A program made the translations under genes and the position numbers. The notes under the pieces were generated by a model. The model was not told the origin of the DNA. It saw nothing but the letters and a program-made list of their open reading frames with translations, and did no database searches. Source: Candidatus Uhrbacteria bacterium GW2011_GWC2_41_11 (GTDB lineage: Bacteria; Patescibacteriota; Patescibacteriia; UBA9934; GWF2-40-263). Taken from it: a stretch of 64,000 nt of DNA. Below are positions 49,665 to 60,289 of this stretch, one piece after another. Within the stretch, counting starts at the first letter, position 1. Every line of letters starts with the position of its first letter. The stretch spans positions 29,703 through 93,702 of the forward strand of contig LCAH01000002.1 of the NCBI GenBank assembly GCA_000996355.1, in the 5' to 3' direction.

Positions 49665-51260
49665 ATGTCTGATGAAATCATCCCTGTTCCAAAATTTCGT
49701 CCAGCACTTCTTGTGGTGTTGGATGGTTTTGGTGTGGCTCCGGATTCAGAAGGGAATGGAGTCACTCGTGCCAAAATGCCTGTTTTTCATCAATTGATTC
49801 AGAAGTATCCGACCATGACCCTTCGTGCAAGCGGAGAAGAAGTGGGTCTCTCCTGGGGAGAAATGGGAAATTCGGAAGTGGGACACCTTGCCATCGGTTC
49901 AGGACGTGTGTATTACCAGACATTTCCACGTATCAATCGTGACATTGTCACGGGAACGTTTTATGAAAATCCTGCATTTTTGAAAGCGTTCGAACATGCT
50001 CGTACACACAATAGTGCCATACATCTTGTCGGAATGGTAAGTGCCGGTCGTGTGCATTCCATGGATGAACATTGTCACGCATTGCTTGAATGTGCGAAAC
50101 GTCAAAAAGTGAATCGCGTCTATGTACATGCAATTTTAGATGGTCGCGACACCATTTATAATGTTGGAATGGATTTTATTCGAACCCTTCAGTCAAAAAT
50201 GGCAGAACTTGGGGTCGGAAAAATTGCAACGCTTTCCGGACGTTTTTATGCCATGGATCGGGATAATCGTTGGGATCGAACAGAAAAAGCCTACAATGCC
50301 ATGGTATTAGGACAAGGTGAACAGGCAACGGATCCTTTTACAGCGATTGAAGCTTCGTATGCGAAAGAGATTTTTGATGAACAATTTGTCCCAACCGTGA
50401 TGATCGAAAATGGAGCGCCTGTTGCTCGTATTCAAGAAAATGATGCGGTGATTTTTTTTAACTTTCGTCCAGATCGAGCACGCCAGCTCACAAAAGCATT
50501 TGTCTTACCGACATTTGATGTGTTTCCGCGAACATTTGTCAAAAATCTTTTTGCTGTCACCATGACAGAATATGAAAAAAATCTTCCGGTTGAAGTGGCA
50601 TTCCGTTCGGAACGAGTTGAACAGTGTCTCGCTCAAGTTTTGTCACAGGCAGGATTGAAACAATTGCATATCGCGGAAACGGAAAAATATGCGCATGTCA
50701 CATTTTTTCTGAACGGGACAAAAGAAGATCCATTTCCTGGGGAGGATCGAGTGATCATTCCTTCGCCTCGTGTCTCCTCGTATGATCAAGCTCCTGAAAT
50801 GAGTGCTATTGCATTAACGGATCGTGTGTTAAAAGAAATAAATTCTGATACGTATGATTTTATGGTCATGAATTTTGCAAATCCAGATATGGTGAGTCAT
50901 ACGGGAAATTTGGAAGCCACTTTGAAAGCAAATGAAACGGTCGACGGGTGTCTTGGACGTCTTGTTGAGGGGGTGTTGCAGAAAAATGGAGTGGTGTTTA
51001 TGACATCTGATCATGGAAATGCAGAAGAGGTACGTAATTTACGCACGGGAGAAATGGACAAAGAACATTCGACAAATCCTGTTCCTTTTTTGGTTATTGC
51101 AAAATCATTTGAAGGAGTAACGGGTTTGACGGGAGAAATTCCAGAAGGGGATTTGTCTTTCCTACCACCTGTGGGAATGCTCGCAGACGTGGCTCCAACC
51201 ATCTTATCTGTTCTTGGAATTCCTCAACCACCTGAGATGACCGGACAATCTTTGCTTTAA
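49665..51260 (+). CDS. gpmI: 2,3-BPG-independent phosphoglycerate mutase
   Basis: LDGFG, MGNSEVGH, DGRD, ETEKYAHVT, SDHGNAE. Confidence 0.96.
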   Translation: MSDEIIPVPKFRPALLVVLDGFGVAPDSEGNGVTRAKMPVFHQLIQKYPTMTLRASGEEVGLSWGEMGNSEVGHLAIGSGRVYYQTFPRINRDIVTGTFYENPAFLKAFEHARTHNSAIHLVGMVSAGRVHSMDEHCHALLECAKRQKVNRVYVHAILDGRDTIYNVGMDFIRTLQSKMAELGVGKIATLSGRFYAMDRDNRWDRTEKAYNAMVLGQGEQATDPFTAIEASYAKEIFDEQFVPTVMIENGAPVARIQENDAVIFFNFRPDRARQLTKAFVLPTFDVFPRTFVKNLFAVTMTEYEKNLPVEVAFRSERVEQCLAQVLSQAGLKQLHIAETEKYAHVTFFLNGTKEDPFPGEDRVIIPSPRVSSYDQAPEMSAIALTDRVLKEINSDTYDFMVMNFANPDMVSHTGNLEATLKANETVDGCLGRLVEGVLQKNGVVFMTSDHGNAEEVRNLRTGEMDKEHSTNPVPFLVIAKSFEGVTGLTGEIPEGDLSFLPPVGMLADVAPTILSVLGIPQPPEMTGQSLL

Positions 51261-51268
51261 TTCATTTT

Positions 51269-52822
51269 ATGGAAACAAAATTTTTTTCTCACTCGTCTCT
51301 TGAAGAAAAAAGAGAAATACGTGATACAAAAAAAGAATTATTGAAAGGTCAGGAAGAAATTTTGATGCAGGCTGTGAATGAAGTTGCTCGAGCGATTCAG
51401 GAAATAGAACCCAATCCAGATTATGCTCCTGTTGTTCCACAAGCTGTCATTGTTGGCGGATTTGTTCGTGATGCTCTTATAGGAAAGAAACCAAAAGATG
51501 CGGATGTTGAAGTGTATGGAGTGGCTCCAGACGTATTGAAAGAACTTTTGGAAAAGATGTTTCAAAATGTAAAACCTGTGGGAGAAGCATTTGGTATTTT
51601 AAAAGTGGCACTTGGAAATGGATTGGAACTTGACGTGTCTATTCCACGACGAGATTCAAAAACAGGAAAAGGACACTCAGATTTTGCCGTAGATAGTAAT
51701 CCGTCACTGGATATCACGGAAGCAGCACGTCGTCGAGATTTTACTATGAATGCGCTTGCAATGGATCCATTAACTGGTGTTATTTTTGATCCATTTGGCG
51801 GTCTTGAAGATATTAAAGCGCGACGATTGTGTGTGACAGATGTGGAACGATTTCAAGATGATCCGTTGCGCGTACTTCGTGCTGTTCAGTTTGTGGCACG
51901 TTTGGGATTAGATGTTGAAACACAGACATGGAATTTGTTGCGTGAGATGGTAGATCGTGGTGACCTTCTTGAATTGAAAAAAAATCGTGTAACCGAAGAA
52001 TGGGAGAAACTTTTTTTGAAATCCGAACGTCCATCTGTTGGTCTTAAGATGATGCGAGATCTTGGAATGATTGAGAAACACCAACCGGAATTACAAGCGC
52101 TTATTGATACCCCACAAGAGTTTGAATGGCATCCGGAAGGAGATGTGTGGACGCATACACTTATGGTTGTGGATGCAGCAGCAAAATTGATCCGACAACC
52201 AGAACGAAATTTTTCTGATGATGAAGCGGTTCAGGTTATGTTAGGAGCTTTGTGTCATGATTTAGGAAAACCAGCAACAACCAAAATGACAGGAGGCCGT
52301 ATTCGATCTATTGGACACGAAGAGGCAGGAGAGGATCCTGCATGTGCGTTTATGGACCAGTTTACTTTTTCAAAAAAATATGTGACACGCGGAGTCATTG
52401 CTGTCACAAAAGAACATTTAAAACCCGGTGTCTTTTTTCGTGAAGTTGAACTGGGACGTATGAAAAAATCATCGTATGTAAATGCGGTTCGTAAACTTCT
52501 TCGTCATATCTATCCTGTTTCCTGGCGAGTTCTTTTAGCTGTTTGTGAGGCAGATTATCGTGGAAGGGCGATTCCTGGAGTTGAAAAAGATCCATATAAA
52601 CCCGGTCTCTTTTTTGCAGATGCAGTGAACCACTATCGTTTAAATGAAGCAGTGATGACTCCTCTTCTTCAGGGTCGTGATTTGATAGAAATATTTCATA
52701 TGTCACCCGGAACAAATATCGGTGTATGGATTCGTCGAGTAGAAGCAGAACGTGATCTTGGTCATATTCAGACAAAAGAAGAAGCCTTTGCATGGATAAA
52801 AAGTGAATGGGAAAAAGAATAG
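51269..52822 (+). CDS. cca: tRNA nucleotidyltransferase (CCA-adding) with HD domain
   Basis: VGGFVRD, DAD, RRDFTMNA, DDPLR, HPEGDVWTHT, CHDLGK. Confidence 0.85.
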   Translation: METKFFSHSSLEEKREIRDTKKELLKGQEEILMQAVNEVARAIQEIEPNPDYAPVVPQAVIVGGFVRDALIGKKPKDADVEVYGVAPDVLKELLEKMFQNVKPVGEAFGILKVALGNGLELDVSIPRRDSKTGKGHSDFAVDSNPSLDITEAARRRDFTMNALAMDPLTGVIFDPFGGLEDIKARRLCVTDVERFQDDPLRVLRAVQFVARLGLDVETQTWNLLREMVDRGDLLELKKNRVTEEWEKLFLKSERPSVGLKMMRDLGMIEKHQPELQALIDTPQEFEWHPEGDVWTHTLMVVDAAAKLIRQPERNFSDDEAVQVMLGALCHDLGKPATTKMTGGRIRSIGHEEAGEDPACAFMDQFTFSKKYVTRGVIAVTKEHLKPGVFFREVELGRMKKSSYVNAVRKLLRHIYPVSWRVLLAVCEADYRGRAIPGVEKDPYKPGLFFADAVNHYRLNEAVMTPLLQGRDLIEIFHMSPGTNIGVWIRRVEAERDLGHIQTKEEAFAWIKSEWEKE

Positions 52823-52824
52823 AT

Positions 52825-53337
52825 ATGATTTCTTTTGATGGGGTTGTTGCGAGAAATTTTTCTGCGATCGCACGAACACATGAATGGATAAAACATGTGA
52901 GCCTTTTTGGTGCACGTTATCTTATTTTTATCTTCGCATTGGGGGCGATGCTTTGGGTGTGGAATCGTTCACAAGAACAGGAACGTTTTTTACGCCTATT
53001 TGAATTAGGTTTGTCCGGATGTATTTCTTGGGGAACAACACTTCTTATTTCCTATTCAATCGGACGTCTTCGGCCGTATCAAACTTTTCATTTTGAACCT
53101 CTCTTTCGTCCGCTTATCGAAACTCCTTCGTTTCCATCAGGACATGCAACGATTGCATTTGCCATTGCCGGAACCATCTTTTTTCACGATCGTCTGGCCG
53201 GGATTATTTGTATGGGTGTTGCCCTTCTTGTCGGGTGTTCAAGGATTGGAATTGGGGTCCATTATCCGACAGATATTTTTGCTGGAGCCGTGGTAGGGCT
53301 TGTGGTAGCATGGGGCATGCATGTATTGATAGGGTAA
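52825..53337 (+). CDS. PAP2-family phosphatase (undecaprenyl-PP phosphatase-like)
   Basis: R.RP, SFPSGH, SRI..GVHYPTD. Confidence 0.9.
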   Translation: MISFDGVVARNFSAIARTHEWIKHVSLFGARYLIFIFALGAMLWVWNRSQEQERFLRLFELGLSGCISWGTTLLISYSIGRLRPYQTFHFEPLFRPLIETPSFPSGHATIAFAIAGTIFFHDRLAGIICMGVALLVGCSRIGIGVHYPTDIFAGAVVGLVVAWGMHVLIG

Positions 53338-53344
53338 AATAAAT

Positions 53345-54415
53345 ATGAAAGCGATTATTCTTGCGGGCGGTTCTGGAACGCGTTTGTGGCCCATGAGCCG
53401 GCAGGCAAGACCAAAACAATTTTTTGATGTGGTTGGAGAAGAGTCGCTTATTCGCGACACCTATCGCCGACTTTTGCGAATGTTTCCGGCTGAGCATATT
53501 TTTTTTTCCATTTCTCCTTCTTTCGAGCCATTGATTCGTTCTGAATTTCCAGAGATTCATTCTGAGCAGTTGTTGATTGAACCAGAACGTCGAGATACAG
53601 GACCGGCCATGGGGTATGTGGCCGCGATTTTAGAACGTCTGACACCAGATGAACCGATCGTATTTATTCCGTCAGATCATTATATTGGCGATGAAGAATT
53701 ATTTTTACGTTGTTTACAATTAGGAGAACGTTTGATTCAAGAAACAGGGAATCTTGTTGATATAGGAATTACTCCCGCATTTCCAAGTACCGTGCTTGGA
53801 TATACAAAAATTGGTAAACAGCTTCGCATAGAAGATGAAATTGAGGTTTTTGCATTTGCTGGGCATAAGGAAAAACCAGATTATGAAACAGCCAAACAAT
53901 ATGTCGAAGAAGGATCGTATCTTTGGCATGCCAATTATTACATGTGGACACCGCGTCAGTTTCTTCGTGCATTTGAACAATATGCCCCGGATATTGGATA
54001 TATCCTTCGTGCTATTCAACAAGCTGTTTTTGAGGGAAGAAAACAAGATGTGGCTCTTTTGTATGCGACGTTGCCAAAAATATCTATTGATTATGCGGTG
54101 ACGGAAAAAATGTCTCCAGAACAGGTCTTGATTTTGCGCGGAGATTTTCGTTGGAGTGATATTGGAGCATGGGATACATTGTACGATCGGCTTTCAGAGG
54201 AAAAACAAAATGTGACAAAAGGCCGCTGTATACTTGTAGATACGGAAGAATCTCTTGTATATGCCCCTGCAGATAAATTAGTAGCTGTGCTCGGAATGTG
54301 CGGAATTGTGGTGGTGGATACCGGTGATGCATTGCTTGTGTGTCCAAAGGAACAGGCACAGCGTGTGAAAGAAATTGTGAAGCATTTGGAAACAGGCCAT
54401 CCTGATTTTTTATGA
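53345..54415 (+). CDS. manC: Mannose-1-phosphate guanylyltransferase
   Basis: ILAGGSGTRLWPMSR..PKQF, EP..RDT, PSDH, SIDYAV, WSDIG. Confidence 0.9.
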   Translation: MKAIILAGGSGTRLWPMSRQARPKQFFDVVGEESLIRDTYRRLLRMFPAEHIFFSISPSFEPLIRSEFPEIHSEQLLIEPERRDTGPAMGYVAAILERLTPDEPIVFIPSDHYIGDEELFLRCLQLGERLIQETGNLVDIGITPAFPSTVLGYTKIGKQLRIEDEIEVFAFAGHKEKPDYETAKQYVEEGSYLWHANYYMWTPRQFLRAFEQYAPDIGYILRAIQQAVFEGRKQDVALLYATLPKISIDYAVTEKMSPEQVLILRGDFRWSDIGAWDTLYDRLSEEKQNVTKGRCILVDTEESLVYAPADKLVAVLGMCGIVVVDTGDALLVCPKEQAQRVKEIVKHLETGHPDFL

Positions 54416-55461
54416 AAAAAATTCTTGTTATTTTTTGTCTTTCTTTTTTTGTCACTGGATGTCTTCTTGGAGTTTTTTTCTCTTGGCAAGCTTTTTGGCA
54501 ACGTTCTCGTGTCGGAGTCGAATCTGTTTCTTTTTTTATTGAGACTGGCGAAGGAGCAAGACAGATCGCCTATCGATTAAGAACAGAACATCTTATTTCC
54601 AGTCGTCTTTTTTTTAACATCTATGTCTGGATGACAGGAGTGGAAAATCGTTTTCAGCCAGGAATATTTTTTCTCACAAAAGGAATGAGTTATAAACAAT
54701 TAGTTTCCCTTCTTACTCATCCTGAAACTGCAGAGGTCGTGATCACGATCCCGGAAGGTTATACCATTGCACAAATTGGAAACCTATTGATTTCGAAAGG
54801 ATTAACAACGTCTGATGAGTGGTTTGCTGTTGTTGGGGATCCGGCAATTGATACACGTGCAAATCCTGAAGGAAGAATGCCAAAAGATTTTTCTAAAGAG
54901 TTTTCGTTTCTTTCTTCAAAACCCTTGTTTGTGAGTTTGGAAGGATATCTTTTTCCAGATACGTATCGATTTCTTCAAACATCCACAACTGAAGAACTCG
55001 TTCGAAAAATGCTTGAGAATTTTGATCGTAAATTTCCTGAGGAATGGCAAAAAGTGATTGTATCTTCCGGGCGTTCTCTTCATGATGTTGTGACACTTGC
55101 CTCTATCGTTGAACGAGAGGTGCACACAGAACCTGATCGAGCCTTAGTTGCGGATCTTTTTTTGCGAAGACTAGGGGTAGGGATGCCTTTGCAAGCAGAT
55201 TCCACGGTGAATTATGTGACAGGAAAAAAAGATCCTTCGATTTCCTTTGCGGATCGAGATATTGATTCTTTGTGGAATACCTATCAGTATTCAGGGCTTC
55301 CTCTTGGTCCTATTAGTAATCCTGGGGCAGCAGCTTTAGAAGCGGTTGTATATCCGAAAGCGAATGACGCGTGGTATTTTTTAACAGATGCATCTGGTGT
55401 TGTCCATTATGCGCGAACAAATCAAGAACAAAATCAAAATAAAGCAAGATATTTACCATAA
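54412..55461 (+). CDS. mltG: Endolytic transglycosylase MltG
   Basis: TIPEG, LEGYLFPDTY, LASIVERE, LQAD, GLPLGPISNPG. Confidence 0.93.
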   Translation: MKKILVIFCLSFFVTGCLLGVFFSWQAFWQRSRVGVESVSFFIETGEGARQIAYRLRTEHLISSRLFFNIYVWMTGVENRFQPGIFFLTKGMSYKQLVSLLTHPETAEVVITIPEGYTIAQIGNLLISKGLTTSDEWFAVVGDPAIDTRANPEGRMPKDFSKEFSFLSSKPLFVSLEGYLFPDTYRFLQTSTTEELVRKMLENFDRKFPEEWQKVIVSSGRSLHDVVTLASIVEREVHTEPDRALVADLFLRRLGVGMPLQADSTVNYVTGKKDPSISFADRDIDSLWNTYQYSGLPLGPISNPGAAALEAVVYPKANDAWYFLTDASGVVHYARTNQEQNQNKARYLP

Positions 55462-55491
55462 GAGATTTTCCATTTTTTAATACAAACACAA

Positions 55492-57579
55492 ATGCGTATC
55501 AATTATCAGGAAGAACTCAATCAAGAACAACAGGAGGTCGTTTTTAACGGAAACGGCTATTGTTTGGTTTTGGCAGGAGCTGGTTCTGGAAAAACAAGAA
55601 CAATCACGTATCGAGTCGCTTATTTATTGGAACAAGGTGTGTCTCCGGCAAATATTTTGTTGTTGACGTTTACAAATAAAGCCGCAAAAGAAATGGTTAC
55701 GCGTGTTGAACGGCTTCTTTTTGAAAAAACAGAAAACAGCGGATTGACATCAGTCGGATTATGGGGAGGAACGTTTCACTCGATTGCAAATCGTTTGTTG
55801 CGTTTGTATGCACCCCTTATTGGGCGCACATCACGTTTTACCATTTTGGATGACGACGACAGTAAAAATTTGGTAAAAATGTGCATCAAAGAAGTTGGAG
55901 CTGACACAGCCGGACGAAAATTTCCTTCCCCTGCGATTGTTCAAGGCATGATCAGTTATCATCGAAATGCATCAAAATCATTGCGCGAGGTTGTAGAAAA
56001 TCGATTTCCTTCCCTTGAAGGATCTCTTCCTCTTTTGGAACGTGTTGCTGAATTGTATCAAGCACGCAAGGCTCAGGCAGATGCGGTTGATTTTGATGAT
56101 CTTCTTCTTTTTTTGCGCGAATTGCTTTGGCAAAGACCAGATGTTCGTGAACAACTTTCTTCACGATTTCATTATATTTTAGTAGACGAATATCAAGATA
56201 CAAACACCGTGCAGGCTGATATTGTTCGATCACTCGCGTCCGTTCATGAAAATCTTCTTGTGGTAGGGGATGATGCACAAAGTATTTATTCTTTTCGTGC
56301 TGCGGATATCCGAAATATTCTTCAATTTCCAGACACACTTCCTCAAGCAAAAGTTTTTCGTTTAGTGACAAATTATCGTTCCACTCCTGAAATTCTTTCG
56401 TTGGCGAATGCAGTTATTCGTCGAAATACGGCTCAGTTTCAAAAAGATCTTCGTGCAGTACAGGCTTCAGCGGGAAAACCATGTATTATTCCTGCGAGTG
56501 ATTCTCAACAAGAGGCACGAGAACTTGCCCAACACATCAATAATCTTCAGCATAAACAAGTCTCTCTTTCGGAAATAGCTATTTTATTCAGAGCATCTTT
56601 CCTTTCCCGTGCAGTCGAATTTGAACTTATGCGTCAGGGAATTCCGTATGAATATCGCGGAGGTATGAAGTTTTTTGAACGGGCACACATGAAAGATGTG
56701 CTTGCGTATCTGCGCGTGGTTGCGAATGTAAAAGATGAAATGGCATGGAGACGTGTTCTTGGATTGCAGCCGGGAATTGGACTGGCTGGATCGAGTCGTA
56801 TTTTGGAACAAATTCGTGCACATGAACAATTTGAACATCTTTTGTCACAATCGTTACCGTCTCTCGGTCGATCCACTCAGGGTTGGGAACAGTGTCTTTC
56901 GATTCTCCGTCCATTGGCAGCAGCTGGAGATCGACCTGCGGATATGATACGCGCGGTTGTCTCCGGTGGATATCGAAATTATCTGGAAATGGAGTATCCT
57001 GATTTTATGGAGCGTGTGGAGGATTTGGAACAATTTGCCTTGTTCGCAGAAACAGCAGTAGATCTTCATTCATTTTTGGATGAAGTATCTCTGACTGAAC
57101 AGTTTGCTCTTCAATCTTCTTCTCAATCTGGAGCAGTGAAGCGGATGGTTCTTTCCACTATTCATCAAGCCAAGGGGTTAGAATGGGATGCGGTATTCGT
57201 GATGGGATTGTCAGATCGTCATTTTCCTCACCCAAGATCTTTTGAAGAAGAAGGGGGTCTTGAAGAGGAGCGTCGTTTGTTTTATGTGGCAGCGACGCGA
57301 GCACGCAAATATCTATTTTTAACCTATGCCACATCTGCTGGGTTTGATGAAACAGTAGGAGAGCCATCGATATTTCTTCGAGAACTGCCTAATTCTGTTT
57401 GTTGTGAAGAAATTTCTAAGCGACCATCTTCCTCTTGGTCTCATTCGTCTTCTTCTGAACGACCGCATCGAAATTGGGAATCTGATGAAGATCGGATTAT
57501 TATATTGGATGATGAAGGGGAACGTCCGGCTTCTTTAAGTCCTCGAAAAGGATTTTTACGCGATGTAAATGAACTTTAA
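55492..57579 (+). CDS. UvrD/PcrA-family DNA helicase
   Basis: AGAGSGKT, DEYQDT, VGDDAQSIY, NYRS, TIHQAKGLE, EEERRLFYVA. Confidence 0.93.
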   Translation: MRINYQEELNQEQQEVVFNGNGYCLVLAGAGSGKTRTITYRVAYLLEQGVSPANILLLTFTNKAAKEMVTRVERLLFEKTENSGLTSVGLWGGTFHSIANRLLRLYAPLIGRTSRFTILDDDDSKNLVKMCIKEVGADTAGRKFPSPAIVQGMISYHRNASKSLREVVENRFPSLEGSLPLLERVAELYQARKAQADAVDFDDLLLFLRELLWQRPDVREQLSSRFHYILVDEYQDTNTVQADIVRSLASVHENLLVVGDDAQSIYSFRAADIRNILQFPDTLPQAKVFRLVTNYRSTPEILSLANAVIRRNTAQFQKDLRAVQASAGKPCIIPASDSQQEARELAQHINNLQHKQVSLSEIAILFRASFLSRAVEFELMRQGIPYEYRGGMKFFERAHMKDVLAYLRVVANVKDEMAWRRVLGLQPGIGLAGSSRILEQIRAHEQFEHLLSQSLPSLGRSTQGWEQCLSILRPLAAAGDRPADMIRAVVSGGYRNYLEMEYPDFMERVEDLEQFALFAETAVDLHSFLDEVSLTEQFALQSSSQSGAVKRMVLSTIHQAKGLEWDAVFVMGLSDRHFPHPRSFEEEGGLEEERRLFYVAATRARKYLFLTYATSAGFDETVGEPSIFLRELPNSVCCEEISKRPSSSWSHSSSSERPHRNWESDEDRIIILDDEGERPASLSPRKGFLRDVNEL

Positions 57580-58720
57580 TATGAATTATTTTGAATCCTC
57601 GATAGATCTTCATCGAAAATTTCAGGGAAAATTAGCCATTCAATCTCTTGTTCCTTTGGAAACAAGAGATGATTTGTCTTTGGCATACACCCCAGGCGTT
57701 GCTGCTCCAAGCGAAGCAATTGCGAAAGATAAGTCACTCGCTTATGAATTGACTATGAAGGGGCGAACGGTAGCTATTGTGACGGATGGGTCTGCTGTAC
57801 TTGGTCTTGGAAATATTGGTCCAGAAGCTGGATTGCCTGTGATGGAAGGGAAAGCCATTCTTTTTAAACGATTTGCGAACATTGATGCATTTCCTCTTTG
57901 TCTTGCGACTCAGAATTCAGATGAAATCGTGGAAACGGTAAAACGAATTGCTCCTGGGTTTGGAGCGATTCAATTGGAAGATATTGCAGCTCCGCGTTGT
58001 TTCGAAATTGAAGAACGTCTTATACGGGAATTAGATGTGCCAGTGATGCATGATGATCAGCATGGGACAGCCGTTGTTATTTTGGCTGGACTTTTAAATG
58101 CATTGCGTGTTGTGGAAAAATCTTTGAAAGAAGTAAAAATAGTGATTTCTGGATCTGGAGCAGCTGGTCTCGCATCCGGTCGACTTCTTTGGGATGCAGG
58201 AGCTCGTTTCATGACCATGATAGATTCGCAAGGAATCCTGGCAATGGGTCGTAATGGAATGAATGCGTATAAAGATGAATTTGCTCAGCGTATCAATCCG
58301 GAGAATAAACAAGGAACACTCACAGATGCCATCCAAGGTGCAGATGTTTTTATTGGGGTAAGTAAAGCTAATCTCGTGACATCTGATATGGTTCGAAGTA
58401 TGGCAAAAGATCCAATCATTTTTGCCATGGCAAATCCTTCTCCAGAAATTATGCCGGACATAGCAAAAGAAGCTGGAGCCGCAGTGATTGCAACAGGTCG
58501 TTCAGATTTTCCAAATCAAGTAAATAACGTGCTGGTATTTCCAGGGATGTTTTTGGGAGTTTTAGAAGGTCGACTACCTAAATTTACAAATACGATGCGT
58601 CTTGCAGCAGCTCATGCGCTTGCTGGAATGGTTGAACATCCCACAAGAGAACGAATTCTTCCATCCGCATTGGAAACCGATGTTGCAAGAATTGTTGCAG
58701 ATGCTATCAAGCGGGCATGA
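57569..58720 (+). CDS. NAD(P)-dependent malic enzyme (short type)
   Basis: [39 protein letters not shown]; start could be 57581. Confidence 0.93.
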   Translation: MNFNMNYFESSIDLHRKFQGKLAIQSLVPLETRDDLSLAYTPGVAAPSEAIAKDKSLAYELTMKGRTVAIVTDGSAVLGLGNIGPEAGLPVMEGKAILFKRFANIDAFPLCLATQNSDEIVETVKRIAPGFGAIQLEDIAAPRCFEIEERLIRELDVPVMHDDQHGTAVVILAGLLNALRVVEKSLKEVKIVISGSGAAGLASGRLLWDAGARFMTMIDSQGILAMGRNGMNAYKDEFAQRINPENKQGTLTDAIQGADVFIGVSKANLVTSDMVRSMAKDPIIFAMANPSPEIMPDIAKEAGAAVIATGRSDFPNQVNNVLVFPGMFLGVLEGRLPKFTNTMRLAAAHALAGMVEHPTRERILPSALETDVARIVADAIKRA

Positions 58721-58723
58721 TGT

Positions 58724-59347
58724 ATGAAACGTGTTATGAACCGTTCATATCGGATAAGACGTCATCATTCTTTTTCTTGGGTTTGGACATTTTTTTTGGT
58801 TATTCTTGGTTTGGGTCTTTTTGCGTACGGAATTTACGTTTTACGTTTTGCAAAGAGAGATAATATAGTGGAATCTCAGTCTTTGGTTGAAAAATCTCGT
58901 GTTTTTATTTCTCCGGAAAATAAAAATGACTCCGTACGTACAGAAATCCATTTGTTTGATGTAAGTGGCGGATCTTCAAGCGGAACAATGGAACGTCAAT
59001 GGAAAGATCATCGCATGTCGTATCGTTTAAGTGCAATGTTGCCAGTTATTGATGGAGAAAAAAATACGTATGAGGCGTGGCTTGTTCAAAAAGCGCCATT
59101 TGATTTTTTCTCTCTTGGTGAACTCACTATGAATGAGGATGAAATTTGGATGCATGAATGGAACGGAGAAGAAGAGAAAGAATATGAAACCTATGAAACA
59201 GTGATTGTAACTTTGGAATCAAAAGATGAAAATCCAGCTCCGTCTTCTCATGTCCTTGAAGGGGTATTCGATGAAAAAGAAAAGTTTAGCGAGAAAAAAT
59301 TCGTGCCATTATCTGACGAAGGGAGCGTCGGTACTGTCGCGGACTAA
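58724..59347 (+). CDS. Membrane protein with RskA (anti-sigma-K) C-terminal-like domain
   Basis: TM then LP...YEAWLV...SLG...VTLE...PS..VLEG pattern. Confidence 0.6.
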   Translation: MKRVMNRSYRIRRHHSFSWVWTFFLVILGLGLFAYGIYVLRFAKRDNIVESQSLVEKSRVFISPENKNDSVRTEIHLFDVSGGSSSGTMERQWKDHRMSYRLSAMLPVIDGEKNTYEAWLVQKAPFDFFSLGELTMNEDEIWMHEWNGEEEKEYETYETVIVTLESKDENPAPSSHVLEGVFDEKEKFSEKKFVPLSDEGSVGTVAD

Positions 59348-59450
59348 GTTGAATACGTAAAAAACGTTTTGTTTGTTCCCAATGGCGTTCTCGTCGAACA
59401 GGAAGAAATGCAAATGTGAAAAAGTGATGACGAAGAGCAAGGGTAGACAT
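59286..59450 (-). CDS. Unannotated 54-aa Arg-rich small protein downstream of lexA
   Basis: MSTLALRHHFFTFAFLPVRRERHWEQTKRFLRIQLSPRQYRRSLRQIMARIFSR; CTATG start context like the core genes. Confidence 0.5.
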   Translation of the reverse strand: MSTLALRHHFFTFAFLPVRRERHWEQTKRFLRIQLSPRQYRRSLRQIMARIFSR

Positions 59451-59511
59451 AGGGAGTAGAATTTGAGGTGAGGAGTTAGAAAATAGAATAGTTTAAGACT
59501 AAGGAAAAATT

Positions 59512-60129
59512 TTATACAGGTTTAAATTGGCGAATGACAGCTCTTACAACTCCCTGAATCATGCAATCTTTTACATAAATTGGTTGCATAGTACTGTTGG
59601 CTGGTTGAAGACGAATACGGGTTTTTTCTCGATAAAATCGTTTAAGAGTGGCGTACGTGTTATCAAGAAGTGCAACGACAACATCACCATTCTTTGGAGA
59701 AAGATTGTTTTCGACCACGACATAATCACCGTTTAGAATTCCATCTTCGATCATGGAATGTCCTTTGACTTTGAGAACATAGGCATTGGAACCATCTAAA
59801 ACAAGATTGGCTGGCACAGCAATGGTTTCTGGTTGTTCCACGGCTTCAATGGGTTCTCCAGCAGTGATAAGACCAGAAAACGGAAGAAGGAGAGAAAGAA
59901 TGGGTAATTGTTCAGGTTTAAAAATTTCTACAGAACGTGCTTCTCCATCCTCGCCCATTTTTATGACGCCTTTTTCAACAAGAGTGCGCATGTGTTGGTG
60001 AATAGTTGCGGGAGAGGAAAGACCTAGATGTTCAGCTGTTTCTCGATAACTTGGGGCATATCCATGTTCTTGGATGTATTGGCGAAGGAAAGTAAAGACT
60101 TCCATTTGTTTTTTTGTGAGTGGAGGCAT
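59512..60129 (-). CDS. lexA: SOS repressor LexA
   Basis: wHTH LTKKQ...GYAPSYRE, Ala-Gly cleavage site (TAGEP), catalytic S (GHSM) and K (TLKR). Confidence 0.96.
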   Translation of the reverse strand: MPPLTKKQMEVFTFLRQYIQEHGYAPSYRETAEHLGLSSPATIHQHMRTLVEKGVIKMGEDGEARSVEIFKPEQLPILSLLLPFSGLITAGEPIEAVEQPETIAVPANLVLDGSNAYVLKVKGHSMIEDGILNGDYVVVENNLSPKNGDVVVALLDNTYATLKRFYREKTRIRLQPANSTMQPIYVKDCMIQGVVRAVIRQFKPV

Positions 60130-60134
60130 AGAGT

Positions 60135-60180
60135 GTTCGTTTTATGTTCGTATTATAAACCGAACAGAATACGAACACAA
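60135..60180 (-). promoter_or_regulatory. lexA promoter with two putative LexA operators
   Basis: TTGTGT-17-TATAAT on -; GTTC-N7-GTTC (60135-49) and GAAC-N7-GAAC (60162-76) flank the -10. Confidence 0.75.
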
Positions 60181-60289
60181 GTCTGTTTGTGTAGCAAAAT
60201 TTTAAGGGTGTGGATAAAAATGTTCCAGTTGCCACTTCTTCTTTTTTTTGATATCTTTTGCATTCGATTCCCGTTTTTTATTTTTTCTC

